Part shown: one piece after another, positions 1-8,416 of the stretch | Layout: each line of letters opens with the position of its first letter | How positions within the stretch are numbered: position 1 is the stretch's first letter | Assembly (NCBI GenBank): GCA_963790305.1 | Contig: CAWBOC010000009.1 | Location: 480,001 to 544,000, forward strand | Direction of reading: 5' to 3' | Length of the DNA stretch: 64,000 nucleotides | DNA from: an uncultured Gemmatimonadaceae bacterium | GTDB lineage: Bacteria > Gemmatimonadota > Gemmatimonadetes > Gemmatimonadales > Gemmatimonadaceae | Notes under the pieces: model-generated | Seen by the model: the letters and a program-made list of their open reading frames with translations, nothing else | Told to the model about the DNA's origin: nothing | Database searches by the model: none | Made by a program: the position numbers and the translations under genes

Positions 1-1039
1 GACCAACATGCAGGAGGTCCGTCCGACGGTGATGATGTCCGTGCCGCGCCTGTACGAAAAGATGTACGCGCGCGTCCTCGAGAACGCGCTCGCCGGCGGT
101 CAGGTCAAGAAGCGCATTTTCTTCTGGGCACGCCGCGTCGCCGACAAGTGGGCGGACGAAACCCTCGCGGGTCGTACGCCCGGCGGGCTGCTCGCGCTCG
201 CCTATCGAGTGGCGCAGAAGCTGGTCTTCTCGAAGTTGAAGGCGCGAACGGGCGGGCGCATGCGCTACTTCGTGTCGGGCGGCGCGCCGCTGGCGCCGGA
301 GATCAACAAGTTCTTCTACGCCGCCGGGCTCACCATTCTCGAAGGGTATGGGCTCACGGAGACATCCCCCGTCATCGCCGTCAACACGCCGGCGCATTTC
401 CGGATCGGGACTGTCGGCCGACCCATACCGGGCGTCGAGGTCACGATCGCGCCTGACGGGGAGATCCTCACGCGCGGCCCGCACGTCATGAAGGGGTATT
501 TCAACAAGCCGGAGGCCACTCGTGAGGCGATCGACGGCGAGGGCTGGTTCCATACCGGCGACATCGGGGAGCTTCGGGATGGCTTTCTGGCGATCACCGA
601 TCGCAAGAAGGACATCATCGTGACGGCGGGCGGGAAGAACATCGCGCCGCAGCCGATCGAGAACATGATCAAGACGAACAAGTACGTCTCGCAGGCGGTC
701 GTGCTGGGCGACAAGCGAAGATTTCCCGTGGTGCTCGTCGTTCCGAACTTCGAGCAGCTGGAGAAATGGGCCAAGATCAAGAATCTGCTCTGGACCGACC
801 GCCGCCAGCTGATCAAGCTGCCGCTGGTGCAGGCGAAGATGGAGAAGGAGGTCTTGCGGAAGCTCTCCGGGCTCGCCTCATTCGAGACGCCGAAGAAGGT
901 GGGGCTCCTGGAGACCGATTTCTCGATCGAGAGCGGCGAGATGACGCCCTCGCACAAGGTGAAGCGCCGCGTCATTGAGAAGCGCTATGCGGACCGCGTC
1001 GACCGTTTGTACGAGGAGGCGGACGCCACGGCAGCGTGA
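1..1039 (+). CDS. Long-chain fatty-acid--CoA ligase (AMP-binding), 5' partial
   Basis: Motifs SGGAPL, EGYGLTET, GWFHTGDIG, ITDRKKDIIVTAGGKNIAP; N-terminus lies before the window. Confidence 0.93.
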   Translation, partial: TNMQEVRPTVMMSVPRLYEKMYARVLENALAGGQVKKRIFFWARRVADKWADETLAGRTPGGLLALAYRVAQKLVFSKLKARTGGRMRYFVSGGAPLAPEINKFFYAAGLTILEGYGLTETSPVIAVNTPAHFRIGTVGRPIPGVEVTIAPDGEILTRGPHVMKGYFNKPEATREAIDGEGWFHTGDIGELRDGFLAITDRKKDIIVTAGGKNIAPQPIENMIKTNKYVSQAVVLGDKRRFPVVLVVPNFEQLEKWAKIKNLLWTDRRQLIKLPLVQAKMEKEVLRKLSGLASFETPKKVGLLETDFSIESGEMTPSHKVKRRVIEKRYADRVDRLYEEADATAA

Positions 1040-1071
1040 GTTAAACAGCCGGGGAAACGGGGGGCGAGCCA

Positions 1072-1087
1072 CGGCATGGTTGGTGCA
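1072..1087 (+). promoter_or_regulatory. Putative sigma-54 (-24/-12) promoter
   Basis: CGGCATGGTTGGTGCA = GG-N10-GC, about 40 nt upstream of the lipoprotein start. Confidence 0.5.
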
Positions 1088-1125
1088 CTTCCGGACGGCG
1101 ACGTGACCATAACCGGAGCTTGATC

Positions 1126-1641
1126 ATGCGCAGGACTGTGTTGGCACTGGCGCTGCTCGCGGCGGTTCCCGCGTGCAGCCTGTTTCGTAAGGCGAAGCTG
1201 ACGGATTCGACGCCGGCGCACACCCCGGCGCAGAGCTCGACGCCGTTCGGCGAGTGGGTCCTGTTCACCGACCCTAACCAGACCGCCTTCGCCGGGGCCC
1301 GACGGGTCGAGCTCAGCCTCACGCCCTCGGACTTCAAGATGGTCGCGATCTACCCTGCGGGCGACCGTGTGGTCATCACGGGCCCCGCGTCGATTACGCC
1401 GAGCGGGTTGCTGACGCTCATGCCGCAAAACGCGACCGCGATGGTGTCAGGGGGGCGGCCCCCGATTCTCGCCGGCCAGACCATTCAGGTGTTGGCGAGT
1501 GCGGCCGACAACACAATGGTGTTCGCGTCGCCCGAAGGCATGAACCCGACGCCGAGCTCGGTGTGGCATCGGGTCGACAAGGCGCGCGAGGCCGGCCAGG
1601 TGCCGGTTCCGGCCAGAACGGCGGGGACGGACTCGCTGTAA
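1126..1641 (+). CDS. Hypothetical lipoprotein
   Basis: MRRTVLALALLAAVPA-C signal with lipobox-like Cys; GGAG RBS upstream. Confidence 0.7.
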   Translation: MRRTVLALALLAAVPACSLFRKAKLTDSTPAHTPAQSSTPFGEWVLFTDPNQTAFAGARRVELSLTPSDFKMVAIYPAGDRVVITGPASITPSGLLTLMPQNATAMVSGGRPPILAGQTIQVLASAADNTMVFASPEGMNPTPSSVWHRVDKAREAGQVPVPARTAGTDSL

Positions 1642-1647
1642 GGGCTA

Positions 1648-1738
1648 GTCGGTCGAGGATGTCGAGGCGGTCAAGGTAGTCGAGGGTGTTCGCGCCTCGA
1701 TCACCTTGACCGCCTCGCCATCCTGACCACCTCAGCCT
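1648..1738. repeat. Inverted array of degenerate 9-mer repeats (GTCGAGGnn / CCTCGACnn)
   Basis: gtcgaggat gtcgaggcg gtcaaggta gtcgagggt ... cctcgatca ccttgaccg cctcgccat, between convergent genes. Confidence 0.75.
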
Positions 1739-2376
1739 CTGCGCAACGGGACTGCCTCCGTCGTCTCCAGCCGCTTCGTCGCAACCCAGTCTCGGCCGTC
1801 GCGGGCAAGCTCCTCGAGGTCCGCCGGCAACGCCGCCCCGACCGGCGCGACGAGGCGTCCATACTGCCGAAGCGCCCGGGCGGCCGCGCCGACGTGGACC
1901 GCATGGCGCTCATCGAGCGCGATCGCGCGCGCCGCGCCCGGCCGAATGGGAATGGAGCCGTCGGTTCGGGCCAGCGAAATGCCGTGCCCGCTCGTCAGCG
2001 CGACACTCGTATTGAGGACGAGCACCTCGACCCCCTCGACCACGCCGAGCAGCGCGGGGGCGGCGTGCCCCCAGTCGCCCGCCAGCACGATGAATCCTCC
2101 GGGGCTCGTTAGGTCGAACAGCGCGGCGACGCGCATGGCCATCTCCTCATCCCCGGTCGCCGACGCGAGCGGTGTGGAATCGGGAATCGGCGTCGTGCCG
2201 TCGCGTGTCTGGAAGTCCACCACACCGTCGCGAATGGGATAGCGCGCGCTGCAGGAAGGGCATCCGAGCAGCCCGCGCCGAATGTCGCGCCCCGCCATCT
2301 CGAGGGTCGAGGCGACGAGCCAGGTAAACTCGTGCGGGCGCGGACAGCGAAGCGACTCAACCAGCTCGATGAACAT
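1732..2376 (-). CDS. Trm112-like zinc-finger N-terminus plus degenerate methyltransferase-like domain
   Basis: LRCPRPH...GLLGCPSCSARYPIRDGVVDF resembles Trm112; C-terminal IPIRPGAARAIAL...RALRQYGRLV resembles a class I methyltransferase tail. Confidence 0.6.
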   Translation of the reverse strand: MFIELVESLRCPRPHEFTWLVASTLEMAGRDIRRGLLGCPSCSARYPIRDGVVDFQTRDGTTPIPDSTPLASATGDEEMAMRVAALFDLTSPGGFIVLAGDWGHAAPALLGVVEGVEVLVLNTSVALTSGHGISLARTDGSIPIRPGAARAIALDERHAVHVGAAARALRQYGRLVAPVGAALPADLEELARDGRDWVATKRLETTEAVPLRRG

Positions 2377-2415
2377 GGCGCCTCGTGAGGCAGAGCAGTC
2401 CCGCCGTCGCGGCGA

Positions 2416-3135
2416 TCACCGCAGCGGCGTCGAGCTGCCGTGCGCGAGCTGAAGGAACTCGTCGCGCGTCCGTGCATCGGAGCGAAATGAGCCGCGCAGC
2501 GCGCTGGTGATCGTCTTCGAGTTCTGCTTCTCGACCCCGCGCATCATCATGCAGAGGTGGTACGCCTCGATCACGACGCCCACCCCGCGCGGCTCGAGCA
2601 CATCCTGGATCGCCTGCGCGATCTGCTCGGTGAGCCGCTCCTGGACCTGCAGCCGTCGCGCGTACACTTCGACGATCCGGGGCAGCTTCGACAAGCCGAC
2701 GATATGACCGTCGGGAATGTAGGCGATATGCGCCTTTCCGAAGAAGGGGAGCAAGTGGTGCTCGCACATCGAATACAGCTCGATGTCCCGCACCATGACC
2801 ATGCTTTCGTGCGCCTCGGCGAACACGGCGTCGCCAACGACCTCGTCGACTCCGAGCGAGTAGCCTCGCGTGAGCCAGGAGAGCGCATTGGCGACGCGCG
2901 CGGGGGTGCGCAGCAGACCTTCGCGGGCTGGATCCTCTCCGATGAGCTCGAGGATGCGGCGGACGAGCGCCTCGAATTCAGCGTTGTGCTCGGGACCGGG
3001 ATCAAGGTCGAGGCCGGCGTCGAACTTGGCGAGCTCGAGCGAGGCCTTGTCGACGCGCCGGTCGCCGGTCGTCGTGGGAGTGGGCTTCGCGCGTCGCGCG
3101 GTTGCGCGCGAACGCGAGTTTCGGCGTTGAGTCAC
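2416..3135 (-). CDS. folE: GTP cyclohydrolase I
   Basis: [46 protein letters not shown]; start approximate (GTG 3135). Confidence 0.95.
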   Translation of the reverse strand: MTQRRNSRSRATARRAKPTPTTTGDRRVDKASLELAKFDAGLDLDPGPEHNAEFEALVRRILELIGEDPAREGLLRTPARVANALSWLTRGYSLGVDEVVGDAVFAEAHESMVMVRDIELYSMCEHHLLPFFGKAHIAYIPDGHIVGLSKLPRIVEVYARRLQVQERLTEQIAQAIQDVLEPRGVGVVIEAYHLCMMMRGVEKQNSKTITSALRGSFRSDARTRDEFLQLAHGSSTPLR

Positions 3136-3281
3136 GAAGAGTTCGGGCGTGGCGTGTGAATGGCAACGACGCGGCGTGCGGCGACGTGTGCACCGAGCGT
3201 GGCGCTTGAGTCGGTCGCGGTGCACCTCTAACTTGACGCACGTTTCGCGGCTGGCATCACCCCTATCTGGATGGCTCACAT

Positions 3282-4503
3282 TTGAAAGTCAAGCTTCTGC
3301 TCGCGGCCATCCTGCAAGGCGGATCAGCCGCGTGGTCCGCCCTCTGGACCTTCCCCAGTATCCTGTTCAGCGCGTTCATGATCGCGTGGGGAGCGGAGGC
3401 GGCGCAGTTCATGATTTCGCAGGGGCTCGCGCTGGCGATTCTCGCGTGGCTTCAGACGCTTCCCGAGTTCGCGGTCGAAGCGGTGATCGCGTACGAAGCG
3501 GGCAGCGACCCCGTGCACTGTTTCGTCGCCAACCCGCCGCCGGGATGTCACTCCCACCTGGCGATCGCGAACTACACGGGAGCGATCCGCCTGCTCATCG
3601 GCCTGGGGTGGCCGATGATCTACTTCGTCGCCGCGTTCTACCGTCGCAAACAAGGCCGCGCACTTCGGGAGATCCGGCTGGAGGACGAGCACTCCGTCGA
3701 GGTGCTCGCCACCGTTCCACCCGTGCTCTACTTCTTCTGGGTGTGGTACAAGGGCTCGCTCGGGCTCGTCGACGCCGGGGTGCTGATCGCGATGTACGTG
3801 GGCTATCTCGCCATACTCTGGCGCTTCCCCCCCCAGGAGCAGGAGAATCTCTCCGAATGCGCCAGCGCCGGCGCGATGGGCCTACACACGCCCCGGTGCC
3901 TGGCGCCATGCGGCGATCATTGGCTTCTTCGCGGTTGGCGGGTTGCTGCTGTATTTCACCGCTCACCCGTTTCTGGATTCCATGCTCGCCCTGTCGCTGT
4001 CGATGGGCGTCAGCCAGTTCGTGTTCGTGCAGTGGGTCGCTCCCTTTCTCAGCGAGTTTCCGGAAAAGGTCTCGGCATTCGCGTGGGCACGACGGGTCAC
4101 GCATGCTCCGATGGGCCTCATGAACATGCTGTCGAGCAACGTGAACCAGTGGACGGTGCTCGCGGCGATGATCCCCATCGTGTTTTCAGTCGCGCGTGGG
4201 GAGCCGTCGGCGCTGCCGTTCGACGGCGAGCAGCGGATGGAGATTCTGCTGACCATCATGCAGAGCGTCGTGGCGGTGCTCCTGCTGGCGAACATGCGCT
4301 TCGAGTGGTGGAACGCCACCCTGCTCTTCCTGCTCTGGCTCGTGCAGTTCTTGCGCGCCACCTGGCGGGAGGAGATTACGATCGTGTACGCGGCGTGGGC
4401 GGTGGGGCTGCTGATCTGGTTCGTGGTGCGACCACCGGAGGCGCCGAAGGTCTTCTTCCGGATGATGCGTACCCAACGCGCGAAGAAACCCGCCGTACCA
4501 TAA
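3282..4503 (+). CDS. Cation:Ca2+ exchanger (CaCA) family membrane protein, +1 frameshift near 3856
   Basis: Two alpha-repeat-like motifs ([32 protein letters not shown]) split over ORFs 3282+ and 3943+; removing one A in GAATGC (3855-3860) joins them. Confidence 0.8.
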
Positions 4504-4507
4504 CGAA

Positions 4508-4533
4508 CGAGCCCCGCCTTTCGGCGGGGCTCG
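4508..4533 (+). terminator. GC-rich hairpin, putative terminator
   Basis: CGAGCCCCGCC-TTTC-GGCGGGGCTCG, perfect 11-bp stem right after stop 4503; no U-tract. Confidence 0.6.
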
Positions 4534-4783
4534 CAGAGTGGGGAACGAAGAGGATTTTTGAAGCCCATCCGAATGTATGAGGCCCTCACCACACTTCCGC
4601 CTTCCCCGCACTGGGGCATGACGTCCGCATAGATATCGAACCCATCGAGTGGACTTGTTGGCTCAAAAATTAGAGCTCTCCGTCCCTTTCGAAACCATCG
4701 ACGCCGCACCACGCGTTGTCGCAACAGTGCGCCACCGATAGTCAATTGCCAATCTAGAGACGACTCAGAGGCCAGTCAATCAC

Positions 4784-4960
4784 ATGGACGTCTGGATGAT
4801 CGCCGCTATCGCGATGCTCGTCGTTTGGGGCATCGGCACGTTCGCGTTCGCGGGGCCGGGCTGGATTCATTTGCTGCTCACCGTTGGACTCTCGGTGCTC
4901 ATCTGGCGCATCGTCGTCCGCGGGAAGCCTGACGAGCCGTCGCGGCGCGAGCGTCGGTGA
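4784..4960 (+). CDS. Small membrane protein, lmo0937/DUF5670-like (58 aa, absent from ORF track)
   Basis: Translated by hand: MDVWMIAAIAMLVVWGIGTFAFAGPGWIHLLLTVGLSVLIWRIVVRGKPDEPSRRERR; GTGA overlap with the next gene. Confidence 0.75.
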   Translation: MDVWMIAAIAMLVVWGIGTFAFAGPGWIHLLLTVGLSVLIWRIVVRGKPDEPSRRERR

Positions 4961-5974
4961 CAGGGCCGGCGAGCTCCGCGTCACGCCCCGGCGCAGCGGT
5001 CGCCGAGCAGCCGCAACCAGAGCGACGCCTGCACGGTCACTTCGTGCTCGTCACGGGCGCCGCCGGTTTTGTCGGAACCCACGTCTGTCGCCATCTCACG
5101 GCGCGCGGCGCGCGAGTGCGAGGTCTCGTGCGCTCACCGGCGAAAGCGGCGGAGCGTCTCGCGCCCATGCCGGTGGAGCTGCATGTCGGCGACCTGCGCG
5201 ATGTGACGGTAATGCAGCGGGCCATGCAGGGGTGCGACACCGTGGTCCATCTCGCGGCCATCGCCATTGAGCGGAGCGGACAGACCTACGAGGATGTCAA
5301 CGCGCGAGGGACCGAGCGTGTGCTCGAATGCAATGCAGGCGAGCGGCGTTCGGCGACTCATCCACATGTCGCAAAATGGAGCCGCGAGCTCACTGCCGTA
5401 CCGCTTTCTGCGCAGCAAGGGACTCGCCGAAGACGCGGTCCGGGCGCGTGGAGGCGACTGGACGATCCTTCGTCCGTCGGTGATCTTCGGGCGCGAGGAT
5501 GAGTTCGTGAACGTTCTCGCGCGCCTGGTGCGTCTCTCGCCCTTGGTCTACCCGCTCCCCGGAGGCGGTAGCGCCCGCTTTCAACCGATCGCCGTCGACG
5601 ACGTGGCCCAGGTCGTGGCGGCGGCGCTCGCCGAAAGCAACACCATTCATCGGGCGTACGCGCTGGGTGGTCCCGCACAGCTCACGTTGCGCCAGATGGT
5701 CGAGCGAATTCTCGTCGCCATGGACGCCAAGCGGTTCCTGTTTCCGCTGCCGACCATCCTGCTGCGACCCTTGATCGCCCTGGTACAGCGAGTCCTCCCA
5801 AATCCACCCGTAACGACGGAGTTGCTCGATCTGCTCGCGATCGACAATGTCGTAGCGGGGAACGCGCTGCGCGACGCGTTCGGGATCGTGCCGACGCCAT
5901 TTGCCCCCGAGGAGCTGGGGTACCTCGAGGAGATTACCGCCCGAGAGGCCCTCCGGTCGCTTCTTGGCCGCTGA
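4957..5974 (+). CDS. NAD-dependent epimerase / NDUFA9-like atypical SDR, +1 frameshift near 5327
   Basis: VLVTGAAGFVG, VVHLAAI, then RSKGLAE, TILRPSVIFG, FQPIAVDDVA in the next frame; extra A in GAATGC 5326-5331. Confidence 0.88.
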
Positions 5975-6075
5975 GCGCAGGTGCGGGATGTGCCGTGTAG
6001 AGATGGAGCGATGCGCGAGCGATCTCTGACGACGAGAATCGCCCGCTCAATGCAGGCCCGGCTCACGGGACGGCC

Positions 6076-6417
6076 ATGGCGGCTTCCACCCAGGAAGCGA
6101 ATCTGGATCGGTTGTCGGCGCTCATCGACGCAGCGGCGTCGCGCGCGGACGATCGCATGGCGCTGTTCGATTTCGTGCTCGCCATCGGCGATCTCTGGGA
6201 TCGCCTGGGACTTCGCGACCCCTTCGTGGACGCACAGTTGAGCGACGCCAACAGCCGCGCGCAGCTGGCCCGCGCGGCCCGCGACGGAGAGGGTGAGGCG
6301 AACCAGGAACAGGAGCGGCTCGCGTTCTACGCGTTGCGAACGCTGGCGGCTTTTCAGACGGTGGTCGAGGAGTGGCGACGCCGGCCTGCGCTCCGAGCGG
6401 CGTGGGTCGATCGTTAG
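6076..6417 (+). CDS. Hypothetical helical protein
   Basis: 113-aa ORF with protein-like composition filling the gap between genes. Confidence 0.6.
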   Translation: MAASTQEANLDRLSALIDAAASRADDRMALFDFVLAIGDLWDRLGLRDPFVDAQLSDANSRAQLARAARDGEGEANQEQERLAFYALRTLAAFQTVVEEWRRRPALRAAWVDR

Positions 6418-6917
6418 GTGGAGGGAGGCGCCGCACCCGCATCGTACCGCGGTCCGGCGCCACTGTCCTCGAGTTGCTCAATGTTCGGAGGCTCGTGCGC
6501 CTGGCGCTCGCGCAGCGCGGCGGGCTCATCGACCATGACCTTCACTTCGACCGCGCCCTCGGGCGTTGACCGCGCATTCGTATCGTCGCGGAGACGCTCG
6601 ACGCGATCGCGAATCGCATCGGCCTGGTCGGCATCACGTCCCACGAGCAGCAGCCGGTACTGACCGCGGCCCGAGGACGCGATGAGATCCGACTTCCGGA
6701 ACTCGTGACACAACCCGAAGGTGAATCGCCGGCACGAGGTGTCCTCGCCCCCATGGACGAAAATCCGAATCGTGCGGACCCGGCCCCCATGACGCGCGGC
6801 CCTGCGCTCCTCCCAATCCCGCACGAGACGGAAGTACAGCACGCTCGGCAGCCCCGTGTCCGGGTCGGTCAGCGTACGGAGTAGCAGTCCGTTCTCGAGC
6901 TCATTTTCGACGGGCAT
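6414..6917 (-). CDS. Degenerate GGDEF-like domain protein
   Basis: TDPDTGLP (cf. TDPLTGLPN) and FRKSDLIASSGRGQYRLLL (cf. LRESDLVARYGGDEFAILL). Confidence 0.6.
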   Translation of the reverse strand: MPVENELENGLLLRTLTDPDTGLPSVLYFRLVRDWEERRAARHGGRVRTIRIFVHGGEDTSCRRFTFGLCHEFRKSDLIASSGRGQYRLLLVGRDADQADAIRDRVERLRDDTNARSTPEGAVEVKVMVDEPAALRERQAHEPPNIEQLEDSGAGPRYDAGAAPPST

Positions 6918-6955
6918 CGGCCTCAGGGTTCGGAGACGCTTCGTGCTGGCGGAAA

Positions 6956-6971
6956 TGCACGATGCCTGCCA
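6956..6971 (-). promoter_or_regulatory. Putative sigma-54 promoter for the GGDEF-like gene
   Basis: Minus strand TGGCAGGCATCGTGCA, GG-N10-GC. Confidence 0.65.
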
Positions 6972-7039
6972 CGTGCCCCGACCGTTAGGTCATGATGTCG
7001 CACGTCACTCGCGAAGGATTTCCGGCACCCGGAAGCATT

Positions 7040-7055
7040 TGTGACCGACGTCACA
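7040..7055. promoter_or_regulatory. Palindromic regulator site (CRP-like / TGT-N10-ACA)
   Basis: TGTGA-CCGACG-TCACA matches TGTGA-N6-TCACA exactly. Confidence 0.6.
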
Positions 7056-7057
7056 GT

Positions 7058-7074
7058 TGGGCATTAACCCTGCA
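7058..7074 (+). promoter_or_regulatory. Putative sigma-54 promoter for the 7150 gene
   Basis: TGGGCATTAACCCTGCA, GG-N10-GC. Confidence 0.55.
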
Positions 7075-7149
7075 ATGGGGCCACTGACTCTCCCCGAAAG
7101 CATGCGGGTTGAGTAACGCACGGCGGGGACCGGACGACGGAGGCCGGCA

Positions 7150-7467
7150 GTGGCGTATCGGGAGTTCGCGGACGACGTTGGTACGATATGGCGGGTCTGG
7201 GACACGCATCCAGTCGCCGCCAACACGCTGCGCACCGTGTCTCCCCGCTACGCAGGCGGGTGGCTCACGTTCGAGTCCGAGAGCGAGTTGCGCCGACTGG
7301 CGCCAATCCCGGCCGGGTGGGTGATCGCGACCCGGGATCTCATGATCCATTGGTGCGCCCGCGCGCTGGTTGCCCGCGCCCCCAACCCGGAGCGGCCTTC
7401 GGGAAGCACCGGGGGCTTCGGGGGCGCAACGGGCCCGGACGCTAGATCTCCCAGTTCGACCAGATAA
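7150..7467 (+). CDS. Small hypothetical protein
   Basis: GGAGG RBS + GTG; Trp-rich REFADDVGTIWRVWD...GWLTFES...RRLAPIPAGW. Confidence 0.7.
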   Translation: MAYREFADDVGTIWRVWDTHPVAANTLRTVSPRYAGGWLTFESESELRRLAPIPAGWVIATRDLMIHWCARALVARAPNPERPSGSTGGFGGATGPDARSPSSTR

Positions 7468-8416
7468 CGCCGCGCTGCGGCGGTCGCTCGGGCATGTCGG
7501 CGAGCGTCATCCTCAGGTCTGTCCAACGCACGCGGGCGCCGAGGTCGATCAGTCGTTGGTAGGCACCCAGGAAATCGGTTTGAACGCGCAGCGCCACCCG
7601 TCGCGTCCCGCTCCGGCGCGAGTAGTCGATCAGCACGTCCGCCAACCGTTTGAGATCCTCCTCGCGCTCGAGCGCGAGCTTGAGGACGCGCATCTCTTCG
7701 CGCACGCGACCCTCCACCAGCGGTGCCGTGTGGCAGAGCGCGAACCCGACCAGACGACCCCGGTCGCGCAGCAGCACGGTATCGCCTAACGCGAGCTGAT
7801 CGGTGAGCACGATCTCGCGAGTGAAATCGAAGCCGGGCGCGAGGCGGTTGGTCAGCCCGCGGCACTCATCGATCGCCTCCTCCTTGTCGCGTGGGGACAG
7901 ACGCCCGAGGAGGTGCGGACCGTTTCCGAGCAGACCCGCTTCGAGAGTAAGCGTGATCGTGAGACGGCCGGGAACGAAGCCAAGGGCCGAGTAGAAGCCA
8001 ATGTTGTCCATGGTGCGCGGCATCGTCTCCAACCCGATCGTGGCCGCCCGGCCGTCGCGGAGCCAGTCAACGCCGCCCCGGACGATCTCCTTCCCCAGTC
8101 CGACGCCTTGCCAGTCCGGGCGAACGGCGAGTGGCCCCATCCATCCCTCGACACCGGACCGGTGCGCGATGTTGAACGCTACAATCTCCTCACGCTCGTC
8201 GCGCCAAACGAGCGCCCCACCGTCGGCATCCTCGATCGCGTAGCGCCAGATCGCCGGATTGAGGAAGGGCACGCGTACGCCCACCATGCCGTCGCGGCGA
8301 TATCGCTCGCTGAAGGCATCGCTGAAGACCTGATTGAGCCCGCCAATGTCGTCCAGGCTCGCGGGCTGCGGCCCGTCGGCCTGCTCATGGGTTCGCCACG
8401 TGCGCGCGGTCGCCAT
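7442..8416 (-). CDS. GNAT family N-acetyltransferase (probably tandem fold)
   Basis: Acetyl-CoA motif LAVRPDWQGVGLGK and NIGFYSALGF; TGATG overlap with rad50. Confidence 0.85.
   Translation of the reverse strand: MATARTWRTHEQADGPQPASLDDIGGLNQVFSDAFSERYRRDGMVGVRVPFLNPAIWRYAIEDADGGALVWRDEREEIVAFNIAHRSGVEGWMGPLAVRPDWQGVGLGKEIVRGGVDWLRDGRAATIGLETMPRTMDNIGFYSALGFVPGRLTITLTLEAGLLGNGPHLLGRLSPRDKEEAIDECRGLTNRLAPGFDFTREIVLTDQLALGDTVLLRDRGRLVGFALCHTAPLVEGRVREEMRVLKLALEREEDLKRLADVLIDYSRRSGTRRVALRVQTDFLGAYQRLIDLGARVRWTDLRMTLADMPERPPQRGVIWSNWEI

Noticed and set aside
4534..4783. Lower-GC intergenic stretch as ncRNA or foreign insert
   Set aside because: No recognisable tRNA, riboswitch or IS ends; probably promoter DNA, though a covariance-model search was not possible
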